A stretch of 64,000 bases of DNA from Octopus sinensis (Eukaryota), in NCBI RefSeq assembly GCF_006345805.1, contig NC_042997.1, positions 121,892,001 to 121,956,000 of the forward strand. The letters are read 5' to 3'. This document shows, piece by piece, positions 28,884-41,442 of this stretch; the first letter of the stretch is position 1, and every line of letters starts with the position of its first letter. The notes under the pieces are model-generated. The model did not search any database, was not told the origin of the DNA, and saw only the letters and a list, made by a program, of their open reading frames with translations. The translations under genes were made by a program, and so were the position numbers.

Positions 28884-29405
28884 TGGATAGATAGACGTGT
28901 GTATTAATTTGAGATTATTATTTGAAAGCAAGTTTAAGGAATACAATGGAATATTTTCCTACTGAATGACATAGTGTCACAATTTTGAGAGTAGACTGAA
29001 AATTATTGTACATTTGGAAAGGGATTAACGTCACACCTGACGGCTTTTACACTCAACCTGTCGGCACATACTTATGTAATGAATATACATACACACATAT
29101 GTGAATATATATATGTGTGTGTGTGTTATATATATAGATATATATATATATATATATAGATATATATATATATATATATACAAAGTATGGGGGTTTAGTT
29201 CACAGGTGATCTAAACGATTGGGTACGTTAGGTTAGTGCTGTAACGGATTACTGGGGCTCCAAGGTTATAGCCGAGGCATTAGTTATAGTGCCATTGCAG
29301 ATTTCCGATGCAGTGGATTTATAATTGTTAAACAGGACGTCAAACGCTAAGACAAGGCAAATATCTGCAGTCATATAAAATATTATTATAGGAAGAAATT
29401 TAAAA

Positions 29406-29459
29406 TCTGACAACTGTTTCTGGAATATCCCCGAATATAGGATATTCCGTCATCAGAGA
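29406..29459 (-). ncRNA. Minimal hammerhead ribozyme motif in PLE pseudo-LTR
   Basis: Minus strand reads TCT-CTGATGA-C-GGAATATCC(TATATTCGG)GGATATTCC-A-GAA-AC(AGTT)GT-C-AGA: core intact, 9-bp stem II, GUC triplet, non-canonical C.A at the base of stem II. Confidence 0.7.
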
Positions 29460-29863
29460 CAAATAGAGCAAAAAGAAATATGGAAAACGAGAATGGTATA
29501 TATTAATAAGATGATAACATAGAGGAAGAGTGTAAAAGAATAAGGGGACGGAAAGAGAGAAGAAAAAATCATAAAAGTTCATTGTTCAACTTCCCGAAGT
29601 TATAGACACTAGAAAATGAGTCCTTAGGTGCAATCCTGCGTAGATCCATGAGCATAAGTCTTTAGGTGCAATTCTTTGTATATCCATGTGGGTTAAAGCC
29701 CTAATATGATAGACATACCAAGAAAAAGACGTGAATATATCAACGTTCAATAACAGAATGGTAGCGGCAGTGGCTGTTAATTGGTAAAAGTACAGAAAAG
29801 AAAAGAAATAGAAAGAGAAGTAGATAAAGTGAGGTAGGGGGGGATTGTAAGAATTGGCTATAG

Positions 29864-32718
29864 CAGGGGTCTCCAAAGTTTTCCAGCGGAGGGCCACATT
29901 GCTGAATTTTTAAAGCTACGGGGGCCAAGGTTCTAAATTATTTATTTTACCAAAATAATATAAATAAATAGTGAATTAATAATTAAAAAAGGTTATTTAT
30001 TCAGTACATAATCACAATGTATATAATATCAGTAACAATTAACATGTTTTTTTTTAACTTTGATTAATAGGGGAAACATGAAATTGTTTCATTTCTGACA
30101 AAATTTTGTCCAACTGAGGTTCAAAATGAGTGGTTCCAATAACAAGCAATGCATTTAAATGTTCATCAGACAATTGTGATCTGTAGCAGGATTTTGTGTA
30201 TTTCATCTTTGAAAAAGTCTTCTCACACAAATATGTGGTGCCAAAAACTGAAATGAATTCACAGGCAAACCTCCTTAAATGAAGAAATTGGTCGGATGGA
30301 AGGCATTTGTAGAATTCAATCAAATTTCCCTCTTTATATTTGTCCTTCAGGATGTCATTGGATTGCAAATCAATAACTTCCATTTGTAACTCAGAAGGTA
30401 AGTCTCCAATAACAGAGTTAAATGGATTTTCAAAAATTCTTAGTTTTGAAGAACATGCATCAAGATCAGAAAAACGTTCTTCAAACTGTTGTTTCAAAGC
30501 TAAAATGACATCTTGAGCAAACAAGTTTGGAAATGGAGTGGCAGCTTCCTGTCTATATTTGTCACATCGTGAAAAATGAGTAAAGCAGCTTCTTGTTAAC
30601 TGACTTTCAAATAGTATTAATTTCTTACGAAAAGCTTTCACCTTTGAGTACAAATCACAGATGAGTGAAGTTTCACCTTGTATCCGTAGGTTGAAATCAT
30701 TGAGATGCATAGTTAAATCGGCTGAAAATGCTAATTTCCAGAGCCATTCACTGTCTTTGAGCAACACCTGTGAATGGTTTTTCTCATTTAAAATATTTCA
30801 ATTTCAGTTCGAAGCTCAAAAAATCTAGCCAGAATTTTTCCATAGCTAAGCCATCTTACTGAAGTATAGTAAGGTAGGTCTGGAAACTCAGCATTCATTT
30901 CCTCCAAGAAATCACGAAATTGGCGATGTTTGAGTCCATGAGATCTTATGTAGTTAACAGTGGAAATCACAGGATCTAATACAGATGATAAATCAAGATG
31001 CTTTCCACACAGTGCTTGCTGATGAAGAATACAATGCAATACCAAAGGTTTCAATCCACCGGAATTCTCAATTACTTTGTTAATTTGCCCAACTAAGCCC
31101 TTTTTGGTTCCACACATATTTCTGCCACCATCTGTTGTTATGCATTTTAGTTTTTTCCATTCCAAATTATACTCAGCCACTGACTTTTCCACTTCTCTAA
31201 AAATATATATGCCTGTTGTTGTTCCATGCATGCTGTGCACAGATACAAGTTCCTCAGTAATCTCAAAATTGGCATTTATTCCTCTGATGAACAATAACAA
31301 TTGGGATGCGTCTGATACATCAATTGACTCATCAAGTGCAACAGAAAAGCATACAAACTTGCTGGCTTTGTCTTTTAGCTGTGATTTAATATTTCTTTCA
31401 ATATGTTCAACCCTACGAGCAACAGTGTTCGCAGAAAGACTAATTGCGGAAAATAAATCTACGTTTTCTGGACACATTACCTTAGCTACCTCATTCAAGC
31501 ACTTTTTAATAAGTTCACCATCTGTAAATGGCTTACCTTCTTCGCCAAAAGGTTAGCAACATGGAAGCTTGCTCTTGTTGCTCTCTCTTTTTCTACAGCC
31601 TTCTTCTTGAAAAAAAACTGCATTGATGATAAATTCTTCTTTAATTTGTCAAATTTCTCTTTACGTAGCTGTCCAATGAATTGGTAGTACTGTGATGAAT
31701 GCTTTTCTTCATAATGTCTCCGAATGTTGTACTCTTTAAGTACTGCAATTGTGTCGGTGCATATAACGCATAGTGCCTTGTTGTTTGACTCTATGACAAA
31801 ATAGTCTATGTTCCATTGTTCCTTAAAAACTCTACACTCAGAGTCGATTTTTCGTTTTCTTCCTTGAGCTAACATTTTTACCATGGGTCGACAGATTTTG
31901 CTCGACGATATATGTAAAAGGACGAAACAAGTAAAAACAATATTCACAGGTCACTCGATACGTGCATTCACTTCGGCAGCGACGACGACAAATGACTCAC
32001 ACTTGTGCACAACGAAAACGCCAAGTCTGTGCTGACTGACGGAATGCGCATCGAACTTTACTCCACGCTGATTGGCGACTGCACCAGGATTAGAAACCAC
32101 CACACAACGTCAGGCTCAACCCTCTCTATTCATCGCTCGTGAGATGTAGGTAACATCGATAAATCGATATTTGTCTTCTTTTATTATACTAGGCACGGGA
32201 CTGTTATTAACGTCATACTTGTCGTATCTGCTCTCTCGACAGTTGACGGAATAGGTTGACTTTTCTGCGACATCAATAAAGCTAGAAATTGAATCTCTGC
32301 TTCATTGTAAGCAGCACCATCCATCTCACTGACAATCGCCTATTATCTAAGATGAATGATAGGTAGCTCCATAGCGAAGTTAATTCATTTTATGGTGGTT
32401 CTGATGGGTCAGTTAAAACGGGGGAGTGGAAAAGAACCTATATTTACACTAAAGTTTAGTGTATAAATTTTTAATTCGCCGGCGCAATTTAAAGACATTA
32501 ATTGATGGCAAATCAATTAGCGTCGTCTTGCGTCTATTTGCTGTACTATATTTGTCAAACGTATTAAAAGGGGTGTAAAGTATATATGTTTTTGTATGAT
32601 TTCGGCAAGGCTTGTTTTTCGACATTTGTTTTATAATTTTGGAGGACAGCTCGGCGGGCCGGATTAAAAACCTTGGCGGGCCGAATCCGGCCCGCGGGCC
32701 ATACTTTGGAGACCCCTG
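29864..32718 (-). mobile_element. hAT DNA transposon (Buster/Charlie/SPIN-like), 2,855 bp, full length
   Basis: Perfect 16-bp TIRs CAGGGGTCTCCAAAGT / ACTTTGGAGACCCCTG. Identical 8-bp TSD GGCTATAG at 29856-29863 and 32719-32726. GC-rich subterminal GGCCCGCGGGCC repeats. Confidence 0.97.
30054..31884 (-). pseudogene. hAT transposase (GTF2IRD2/SPIN-like, about 610 aa) split by two 1-bp frameshifts
   Basis: ORFs 31495-31947, 30788-31498 and 30054-30767 join into one protein: KRKIDSECRVFKEQW BED-type region, ALDES, TTDGG, HCILHQ, VRWLS, SVFGTTYLCEKTFSKMK dimerisation domain. Frameshifts lie near 31543 and 30790. Confidence 0.92.
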
Positions 32719-33762
32719 GGCTATAGGATAAAGTAAGGTGCATAAGTGTATATTGTCTAAGAATTGTGTACGGGGTAGCCGAGAAGATAAGAGAGAGGAT
32801 GAGAAGGTAGAGGAACATAGAATAAAACAACAGAGCGAAATGAAAGGAATTTAAAGAGAGTAGTAGATGTCTAGTAGTCTCAATGTTTAAAGTTGTTGGG
32901 GAGAAAATTTGGTAGTAATTGCTTGTGTCCGTCTTGGCTAAGGTCACTGACTGTAGAATTATTTTTAGCAATGGGGTTATGTGTGCGTAGGTAGTCCAGG
33001 AAGGAAGAACTTCTTGAATGTTAAGTTATTTATGAGTTTCAGTTAGAGTTAGGGGTTAATAGTAGAGGATTTATTGGGTAAAGATTTAAAAATAAATTAA
33101 GGATAAATTAAAGAATTAATATTTATCTCATAGTGTGGTGAGCGAAGGTAGATAGAAGAGAGGTAAGACATAAGGTAGAAATAAGAGCTATAGAGATATA
33201 GAAGGGGTATGTGTTAATGATCATAAGGGTTTGTATGTGGGTGGGGGTGAGTTTACATTTAGATTTATGAAAGATTTTAAACGTGTGGAAGAATTTGTGC
33301 TTACACGTTCTGAAGGCCTCATTGTATTTATTAAGCAATTGTGTTGAGGTCTAGGTTAGAATTTTGAGAGCTTCTTTTAAGCAAAGTCCACAACTGGAGT
33401 GTTGGTCCTGGACTCTATTTTTTTGCTATTAATTAGATGGTGTATGTGGCTGGCTAGTGACGTGGAATTGATATTCTCCTTATATTTGAACGAGTTTTAA
33501 ACTCATTGATTTGTTCACGAATTTTTCTTGGGATGTCTACTAAATCACGGACTTTAACCCACATGGATCTACGAAGAATTGCGCCTAAGAACTTATGCGC
33601 ATGGATCTACGCAGGATTGCACTTAAGGACTCATGCTCTCGTTTCTATAACTTCGGGAAGTTGAACTATGAATTTTTATGCTTTTTTTCTTCTCTCTTCC
33701 CATCTCCTTATTTTTTACGCCTTTCCTCTATGCTCTCCATTCCATATTTTTCCCTCTATTTG

Positions 33763-33816
33763 TCTCTGATGACGGTATATCCCATACTCTGGGATATCCC
33801 AGAAAGAGGTGTAAGA
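33763..33816 (+). ncRNA. Degenerate hammerhead motif in the inverted pseudo-LTR
   Basis: TCT-CTGATGA-CGGTATATCCC(ATACTCT)GGGATATCCCA-GAAAG-AGGT-GTA-AGA. Stem III is mutated relative to the 29406 copy. Confidence 0.55.
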
Positions 33817-33895
33817 TTTTGAATTTCCTCCTATAATAATATTGAATAAGACGTGAGATGTTTGCTTTGCCTTAATGCTTGACGTCTTGTTTAGC

Positions 33896-33945
<50 letters not shown>

Positions 33946-34246
33946 TATGATGTTTCCCGATGCATTCACAAATTTTCATTCACACCACAAAAACCCTTCG
34001 AATGAGCAACACAGAATCCGCGGCTCCATTCTTAGACATGACTAAACATGAGTTACTTTTGGAATTTACCATGTACAGGAAACTTTTTTACCACTTCTGT
34101 ACACTACTTTACTTGAATAATGGAACTGCAACTACAATGTTTTACTTTTACTTTCAATTCCCTCTATATTCCCTTTCTCCTCCTTTTCCACACTAATTCC
34201 ATATTTTGAGCTCAACCATTTACCTCTATTTAACCATCTCACAGAA

Positions 34247-34292
34247 TCTCTGATGAAGGGATATCCATAATATCCGAGAAACAGCTGTAAGA
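34247..34292 (+). ncRNA. Minimal hammerhead ribozyme motif with palindromic AGCT loop III
   Basis: TCT-CTGATGA-AG-GGATAT(CCATA)ATATCC-GA-GAA-AC(AGCT)GT-A-AGA. It lies in a segment of about 420 bp (33944-34365) bounded by (TA)n. Confidence 0.7.
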
Positions 34293-34559
34293 CTGTATCT
34301 ATACCGCTTTCAGTATAAATGTTCTGAAAACTCCTCACAGCCTTGGTTTTGTTATGTTTTTGTGTAATATATATACATATATATACATATATATATAGGA
34401 AAAAAGCAACAAGAATGGATTAAAATGTTGCTTTTTTCCTATTTGTAATCACCCCACTTGTCGTATGGTTAACACCATATAGATTTCCGGTGCATCCTAG
34501 TTAAGGACCATATTCATGTGAATTCATTAGAATTCACTTGAATCTCAATTACTTAAACC

Positions 34560-34595
<36 letters not shown>

Positions 34596-36458
34596 ATTGT
34601 ATATATTTATAGCGTATGCGTTATAATGAAACTTGAAAGAATGTTTTACTAGAAGCCAATGAAGAATATGTTTGAAGAGATTCTTGCAATGCTAAAGTAG
34701 AAATGAAAATCTAGTAAATCCTTATATATTTTCGGTAAATCACACATCTACAGAGGAAATATCTAATAATGGTGAAAATAATAGAAACCAGCTTGCGCAA
34801 AGTTTTCTCGGCCGTAAGTATAAGCAGTAGCATTGACGGATATCGGTCTCCTTTCTTCAATTAACTTCACCGCCCAAACACTGATAATAGAATAAACCAT
34901 ACAAATCAATCAACTTCTGCTCTCTGAAAATACTACAGTGCACGAAATAACCCAAGCGCTCCCACTAAACAGAGACAAATATTCATCGTTTATTTTTTCG
35001 GTAACATACAGCGACATCTACCTTATCAATTACAATCGTGCTCACGACAACAGCCCATGTATCAATGAACAAAAACTAGAAAAATGTCCCACATATTGAG
35101 TACTTAATTGTACATCAGAAACAATCATTGTTGTTATTCATCTTAATTTAGGCCTAAACCAAACACTTTCACTTAAACGTTAGATCACAAATTAGAGATT
35201 TTATGTCCATTTTAGGGTCATGCACAAGTCGGAGAAAGAGAGGAGCAGCTATTTTCATCTACGATCCCTTTATCACAAATTCAAAGGAAGTATTATCTAA
35301 TGGCTACTCGGAATCTACCCATTTCAAAGAAAGCTTCTTATGGTGTCTCCAGTATTTGAAATTCTTCATCCAGTAATGCAAATATTGGAAAGAAACAATA
35401 ATGGGCGATTTAAACCTTGCTTTTAGGATCGGTCTAAAAGTAACCTTAAAAATGGGATTTTCATCTCGACTTCGGTCAAAGTAGTGATTGAGGCACTTTT
35501 TAAACTTTTTAATCACTTTTTAAGTGTTTCTCAGCTTTCCCAATTCTTTCTTCAGCCAACATAACACAACAAAGCCGTTCTGGAATTTGTGATGAGTAAC
35601 CAAGCTCGCTCTATTCATAATACCATATTATGAATATAATATGATATATAATATTCATATATAGTTCATATATAATATTCATAATATCAAATTATATCTC
35701 AAAAACGATAAGTTACTGTGTAGTATCGCTTTCTCAAGTTCAGAAAATCATTGACCTCAGCGCAATCATTTTGCAATCTGAATTTACATAAATAGCTTAA
35801 TTAAACTTTATCGCATATTGACTAGATGTATTGTCTAGATACCATCAGGTGCAAGAGTATTTTTGCAGCTACTTAAAAACACTATTCCACCCCTATGTGT
35901 TAACCACACACCATCACGATCTAAAAACAAAAGTGAATTAAGGCTCCTGCAAAATCTTATTTGCGCCACATAACATTGCATCACAATTTTTTTTTTTTTT
36001 TACCTAAACTGGTATTGGCTTATTCAACATTACAAACAAAGCCATTAAAAAAAAAGTGCCCCATTTCATTCAGTCTGTAACTGGCAAATTTCCTTCAATA
36101 AATATCAGACACCAACACATTTCGGCGAGAATCACTTCCTGCTGGACTCCTAAAACAATACTAAAAGCTATCCTAGCTACTGGTATTACGCTAGGCATGG
36201 CCAAGGCCAACATACACACATACATACATACATACACGAGGAGAAAGAGAGAGACAATAAAACAATAGAAATATATTCAGAAATAAGTATATTGTATGGA
36301 TATATAAAATATATCTTTTACCAGTCTCTTATTAATATATGGGTTTAATAATTTAATTTGCCAAAATTAAAATACATCTTTCTGTACGACTTAAATTTAT
36401 AGTGACCCTAAAGTGACGGCAGAACGCGTTCGTTAAACTTTTTCTAGTATTCTTTTAT

Positions 36459-36865
36459 GCTCTTTTACTCTTTTACTTGTTTCAATCATTTGACTGGCCA
36501 CGCTGCAGCACCGCCTTTAGTCGAGCAGAATCGATTCCAGGACTTATTCTTTGTAACCGTAGTACTTATTATATCGGTCCCTTTTCCCGAACCGCTAAGT
36601 TACGGGGACGTAAACGCAAAAACATCGGTTGTCAGCGATGTTGGGTGGGGGGTGGGGTGGGGCAAACACGGACACACAAACATATACACACACATACATA
36701 TATATACATATATACGACGGGTTTCATTCAGTTTCCGTCTACCAAATCCACTCACAAGGCTTTGGTTGGTCCGAGGCTATATTAGAAGGTGCCACGCAGT
36801 GGGACTGAACCCGGAACCATGTGGTTCGTAAGCAAGCTACTTACCACACAGCCACTCCTACGCCT
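36459..36865 (-). mobile_element. SINE family A copy
   Basis: Reverse complement of family A, full length. Confidence 0.9.
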
Positions 36866-37622
36866 ATTGAGAGAAATTATTGTCTAACAACCGGTGTATT
36901 TTTTACACTTTCTTTATTACGTTTTTTATTACCTAATTATTTATTTACAATTGAAGTCACACTCGGCTAATGATTTAGCGAATAACACCGACTTTTCCCT
37001 AATCATTGTCCTATAATCAGTATCACTTTCGTCTGAGCTTATTACACTGTTTATTGGACTCGATATTGGAATCTGATGATCTTCCTCATTTGCTGCATAC
37101 AAATATTTTCCTACTTTCTGGTGTTTACTCTTAATATGTATTAGTTCCACTATCGCAACCGTCAGACATTCTTTCTCAAGAATGGGAACCAAGTCTGTTT
37201 GTTAATAAGGCTTATTTAGAATCCATTTCGTGTGAATTATTCTGCTCTAATTATTGCTAATCCACGATGTGTTTGTTTATTTCCTAGTTAACGTTGCATC
37301 TGTAAGTTTTGTTTTCACTCTCTTGGAGATTGGACTCCATTTCAAGTAGAAATCCTTTAGGAAATATATTTCTCACATTGTTCGAGATGATTGTCAGTCA
37401 AAACAACAACACATCCTCAGAATAAGACATGAAACTTTAAATATTCTAGCATGCGCGTAAGACAGAGAATTTAACTGAACACACACACACACACACACAC
37501 AAATATACACACATACACACACATACATAAGTGGAATTACAATCTCCATTAAGAATAAATGTTGTATATCTAATACAACTGAATTACTATAGGCATATGT
37601 ATTTTGATTTTCTCTTCTGTTC

Positions 37623-37704
<82 letters not shown>

Positions 37705-38411
37705 CATATATGATGTACAACTTGTACATGCATGTATATACGTGTATGGATATTAAGTAATAATGATATAATGTATGCTAAAACTAAGTTTAGAACTCTC
37801 CAACTTTTTCCTTTATTCTAAACTAACTTTTGCCAAACATACTTGCTGTAGTCTCTAATGGTATGTACATATTTAAAGTAAACACACGAGATATATTTCT
37901 TTCTTAAGAATTCACATAATTACTCACTCAGCTTCTGAGAAATTATGGCTTCTATAAAGCACTTCCAATGATTTCCTATATTCAACACATTATAAATATT
38001 TTCAAGATACTTAACATTTCCATCATATATAAGAACTGTAAGACATCATGTAATCTACTCTTTAGACTTGACTATCAATTATGGAATTTGTTCCCGGAAA
38101 CACTGAAGATGCATTACGCACATCCAGACGGTAGCAGTAGTTGGCTCAAACGTTACAGTGTTTGAGAAAATCTCTGAAAGTATTTAATGATGGCGTGAGC
38201 ATTCTGGTTTCAAATCGACGAATTATCCTCCTCTCGAGCCAAATGTTAAACATAAGGCTACTCAACACTGGTCACCATCATTTTGTGTCAATGGTTCTCA
38301 GCTAGAATCCATATGACCCTTGAGGTTCCAAACAAGATTCTGCTGTTAAAATTTATGTGCAATAAATTGGTTATACTTCTAACAAATTTTTATACGTTTA
38401 AAAATTTTTTT

Positions 38412-38795
38412 AGGCGTAGAAGTGGCCGTGTGGTAAGTAACTTGCTTACGAACCACATGGTTCCGGGTTCAGTCCCAGTGCGTAGCATCTTGGGCAAGTG
38501 TCTTCTACTATAGCCTCGGGCCGACCAAAGCCCTATGAGTGGATTTGGTAGACGGAAACTGAAAGAAGTTCGCCGTATATATGTATATTCATATATATGT
38601 GTGTGTGTGTTTGTGTGTCTGTGTTTGTCCCCTAACATCGCTTGACAACCGACTTAGCGGTTCGACAAAAGAGACCGATAGAATAAGTAGTACGCTTACA
38701 AAGAATAAGTCCTGGGGTCGATTTGCACATCTAAAGGAGGTGTTCCAGCATGGCCGCAGTCAAATGACTGAAGCAAGTAAAAGAGTAAAAAAGAA
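38412..38795 (+). mobile_element. SINE family A copy
   Basis: Full head-to-tail match to family A with a small internal deletion. Confidence 0.9.
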
Positions 38796-39553
38796 TATTG
38801 TTTCCAATACTATTTAATTATAGAAATATTAAAGGGAATGTTTTAAAATATCGAATGGCTATGGAGGGGCAAAAGGATAAAACAAGAATCAAAGAGGTCC
38901 CCAAGCAAAAAATAATTGCAAACCAATATGTTATGAGCAGAAGTGCATCAATAAATATATATAATTATTACACATCAATAATTCAATTTATGCCATTGAA
39001 AAATATTTATTAAATGACATATGTATATAAAGTATCCTCATTATACTTTGTACAACATTTTAAAATTATATGAGTGAGCATTCTCCATGTTTGTTATATT
39101 GGTATTACACAATTTCCCTCATGCAATATTAAATACAATGACGTACTATCAATGAAAGTTAACGTCTCCTTGAGGACTAATTTCCCTTATAGAGTGTATT
39201 CGTTTGAGATTATCTTGTATTTATATACATCTTTAGCTATCTAACTTTATGAACTATATTGACATCTACATACATAAAAGATGTATCGAGATACAATCTC
39301 TTTGAGTGTTTAACCTGATTATTAAGCTCTGTCTCGAAAGTAAATCACATTGTTCAAATGACCAAATATTTGATTTATGATTTTTAATTGCGCATGAGTG
39401 ACCGTGTGGTAAATAGCTTGCTTACCAAGCACATGGTCTTAGATTCAGTTCCGCTGCGTAGCACCTTGGACAAGTGTCTTCTACTATAGCCTCGGGCTGA
39501 CCAAAGCCTTGTGAGGGAATTCGGTAGACGGAAACTGAAAGAAGCCCGTTGTG

Positions 39554-39620
<67 letters not shown>

Positions 39621-39866
39621 CTATATATATATTATATATATATATATATATATGTGAAATAGAAAGATGAATAATCTTGTAGTAGATTAATCAAAAGTTT
39701 AACCGATACCTTAGTAGCAAAAATCACAGCAGTAAACAGCACGGTTGGAGGTACAACCATCTGGCGTTGCAACCGTGCGTTGGTGCGGATAATTGAAATT
39801 AAAACATTATTGGTGAATTGAAGAAATGGAGCTGAACGCAGATTGAACAGAAATCGTTTTATTTCA

Positions 39867-39945
39867 TTCTACACGTGTTCGAAAGGCACAAATTACCAAA
39901 ATCCGATTGAATAATGGGACCATATTGTGTCTTTCTCTTCAGGAA
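39867..39945 (-). ncRNA. Hammerhead motif, left arm (lacks one A of GAAA)
   Basis: Reverse complement of the 40132-40211 motif but reads CTTTC-GAA-C-ACGT-GTA. Confidence 0.55.
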
Positions 39946-40131
39946 GAAAAAGGAAATCCGTTGGAAAAACAAAAACAGAACAGAGGCGGAGCAAAAAACA
40001 AATCGAACTGTGCTCCTAAGAGCCCATGGCGAAACTCGCCATGTCGCCATGGGCTCTTAGGAGCACAGTTCGATTTGTTTTTTGCTCCGCCTCTGTTCTG
40101 TTTTTGTTTTTCCAACGGATTTCCTTTTTTC

Positions 40132-40211
40132 TTCCTGAAGAGAAAGACACAATATGGTCCCATTATTCAATCGGATTTTTGTAATTTGTGCCTTTCGAAA
40201 CACGTGTAGAA
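40132..40211 (+). ncRNA. Minimal type I hammerhead ribozyme motif, right arm
   Basis: TTC-CTGAAGA-GAAAG.ACACAA...TTGTGC.CTTTC-GAA-AC(ACGT)GT-A-GAA: CUGANGA core, G10.1-C11.1 pair, palindromic ACGT loop III, GUA triplet (cut after 40208). Confidence 0.8.
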
Positions 40212-40290
40212 TGAAATAAAACGATTTCTGTTCAATCTGCGTTCAGCTCCATTTCTTCAATTCACCAATAATGTTATATATATATATATA

Positions 40291-40367
<77 letters not shown>

Positions 40368-40654
40368 ATATGTATATGTTTGTGTGTCTGTGTTTGTCCC
40401 CCCTTCACCATCGTTTCACAACAGATGCTGGTGGGTTTACGTAGCGGTTCGGCAAAAGAGACCGATAGAATAAGTATTAGGGTTACAAAGAATAAACTCT
40501 GGGGTCGATTTGCTCGTCTAAAGGCGGTGCTCCAGCATGGGCGCAGTCAAATCATTTAAACAAGTAAAAGAATGAAATAATTTAAAACTTTGCACAAAAT
40601 ATTTTGTCGGCAATCATAGTAATCGATCATATTACATTTATTCTCTCTTTTTCT

Positions 40655-40883
40655 TTACTCTCTTTTACTTGTTTCGGTCATTTGACTGTGGTCATGCTGG
40701 AGCACCGCCTTTAGTCGAGCAAATCGACCCCAGGACTTATTCTTTTTAAGCCTAGTACTTATTCTATCGGTCTCCTTTTGCCGAACCACTAAGTTACGGG
40801 GACATAAGCACACCAGCATCGGTTGTCAAGCGATACTGGGGGCAGAAACACAGACACACAAACATATACACACATACATATAT

Positions 40884-40934
<51 letters not shown>

Positions 40935-41116
40935 TATATATACATATACATATATACGACGGGCTTCTTTCAGTTTCCGTCTAACAAATCCACTCACAGG
41001 GCTTTGGTCAGCCCGAGTCTATAGTAGAAGAGACTTGCTCAAGGTGCCACGCAGTGGGTCTGAACCCGGACCATGTGGTTCGTAAGCAAGCTACTTACCA
41101 CACAACCACCCCTGCA
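40655..41116 (-). mobile_element. SINE family A copy
   Basis: Reverse complement of family A with an expanded TA tract. Confidence 0.9.
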
Positions 41117-41408
41117 AATAAAGCCTTTGAAATCCATAAGCGTTAATCATAATGTAAATGTTAATAACTAAAAGCAGATCTCCATATATTTTCCTTACTC
41201 TCTCTGTAGGGAAAGATTGGCGATTGCACCAACAACAGATTTCTAACTTATAATAATGACATTCAAGAGTCATATAGCTTCATTCTTAAATGTCAATAAA
41301 TTGCGAAAAATAAGTAATTGTTATAAATGTGGACGTAATTATATAATATATATATGTATACATGCGTGTGTGTGTATGTATATATCTGTGTGCTTATATA
41401 CACAAAGA

Positions 41409-41442
<34 letters not shown>

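Larger units (their letters stand above)
29181..33900 (-). mobile_element. 5'-truncated Penelope-like element (PLE) with inverted pseudo-LTR, interrupted by the hAT
   Basis: Minus-strand peptides SFKYKENINSTSLASHIHHL (about 33500-33430) and CGLCLKEALKILT*TSTQLLNKYNEAFRTCKHK (33392-33295) match the PLE GIY-YIG C-terminus (C.LC..E...I...LLN.R.E....C.H). 33552-33900 is a diverged inverted copy of 29322-29700, both copies carry HHR motifs, and both outer ends abut (TA)n. Confidence 0.75.
39653..40275. mobile_element. Fold-back HHR-bearing element (473-bp palindrome plus about 150 bp unique tail)
   Basis: Arms 39803-40032 and 40044-40275 are reverse complements with 3 visible differences and an 11-nt spacer. 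Each arm carries a hammerhead motif. Confidence 0.85.
39390..40575 (+). mobile_element. SINE family A copy split at its internal (TA)n by a fold-back insertion
   Basis: 5' half at 39390-39555 and 3' half at 40370-40575. The unrelated segment 39653-40275 lies within the TA tract between them. Confidence 0.85.

Noticed and set aside
31077-31556. 159-aa plus-strand ORF
   Set aside because: It is the antisense shadow of the hAT transposase frame.
39859-40209. Overlapping ORFs on both strands at 39.9-40.2k
   Set aside because: They are mirror products of the palindrome, with no recognisable protein motif.
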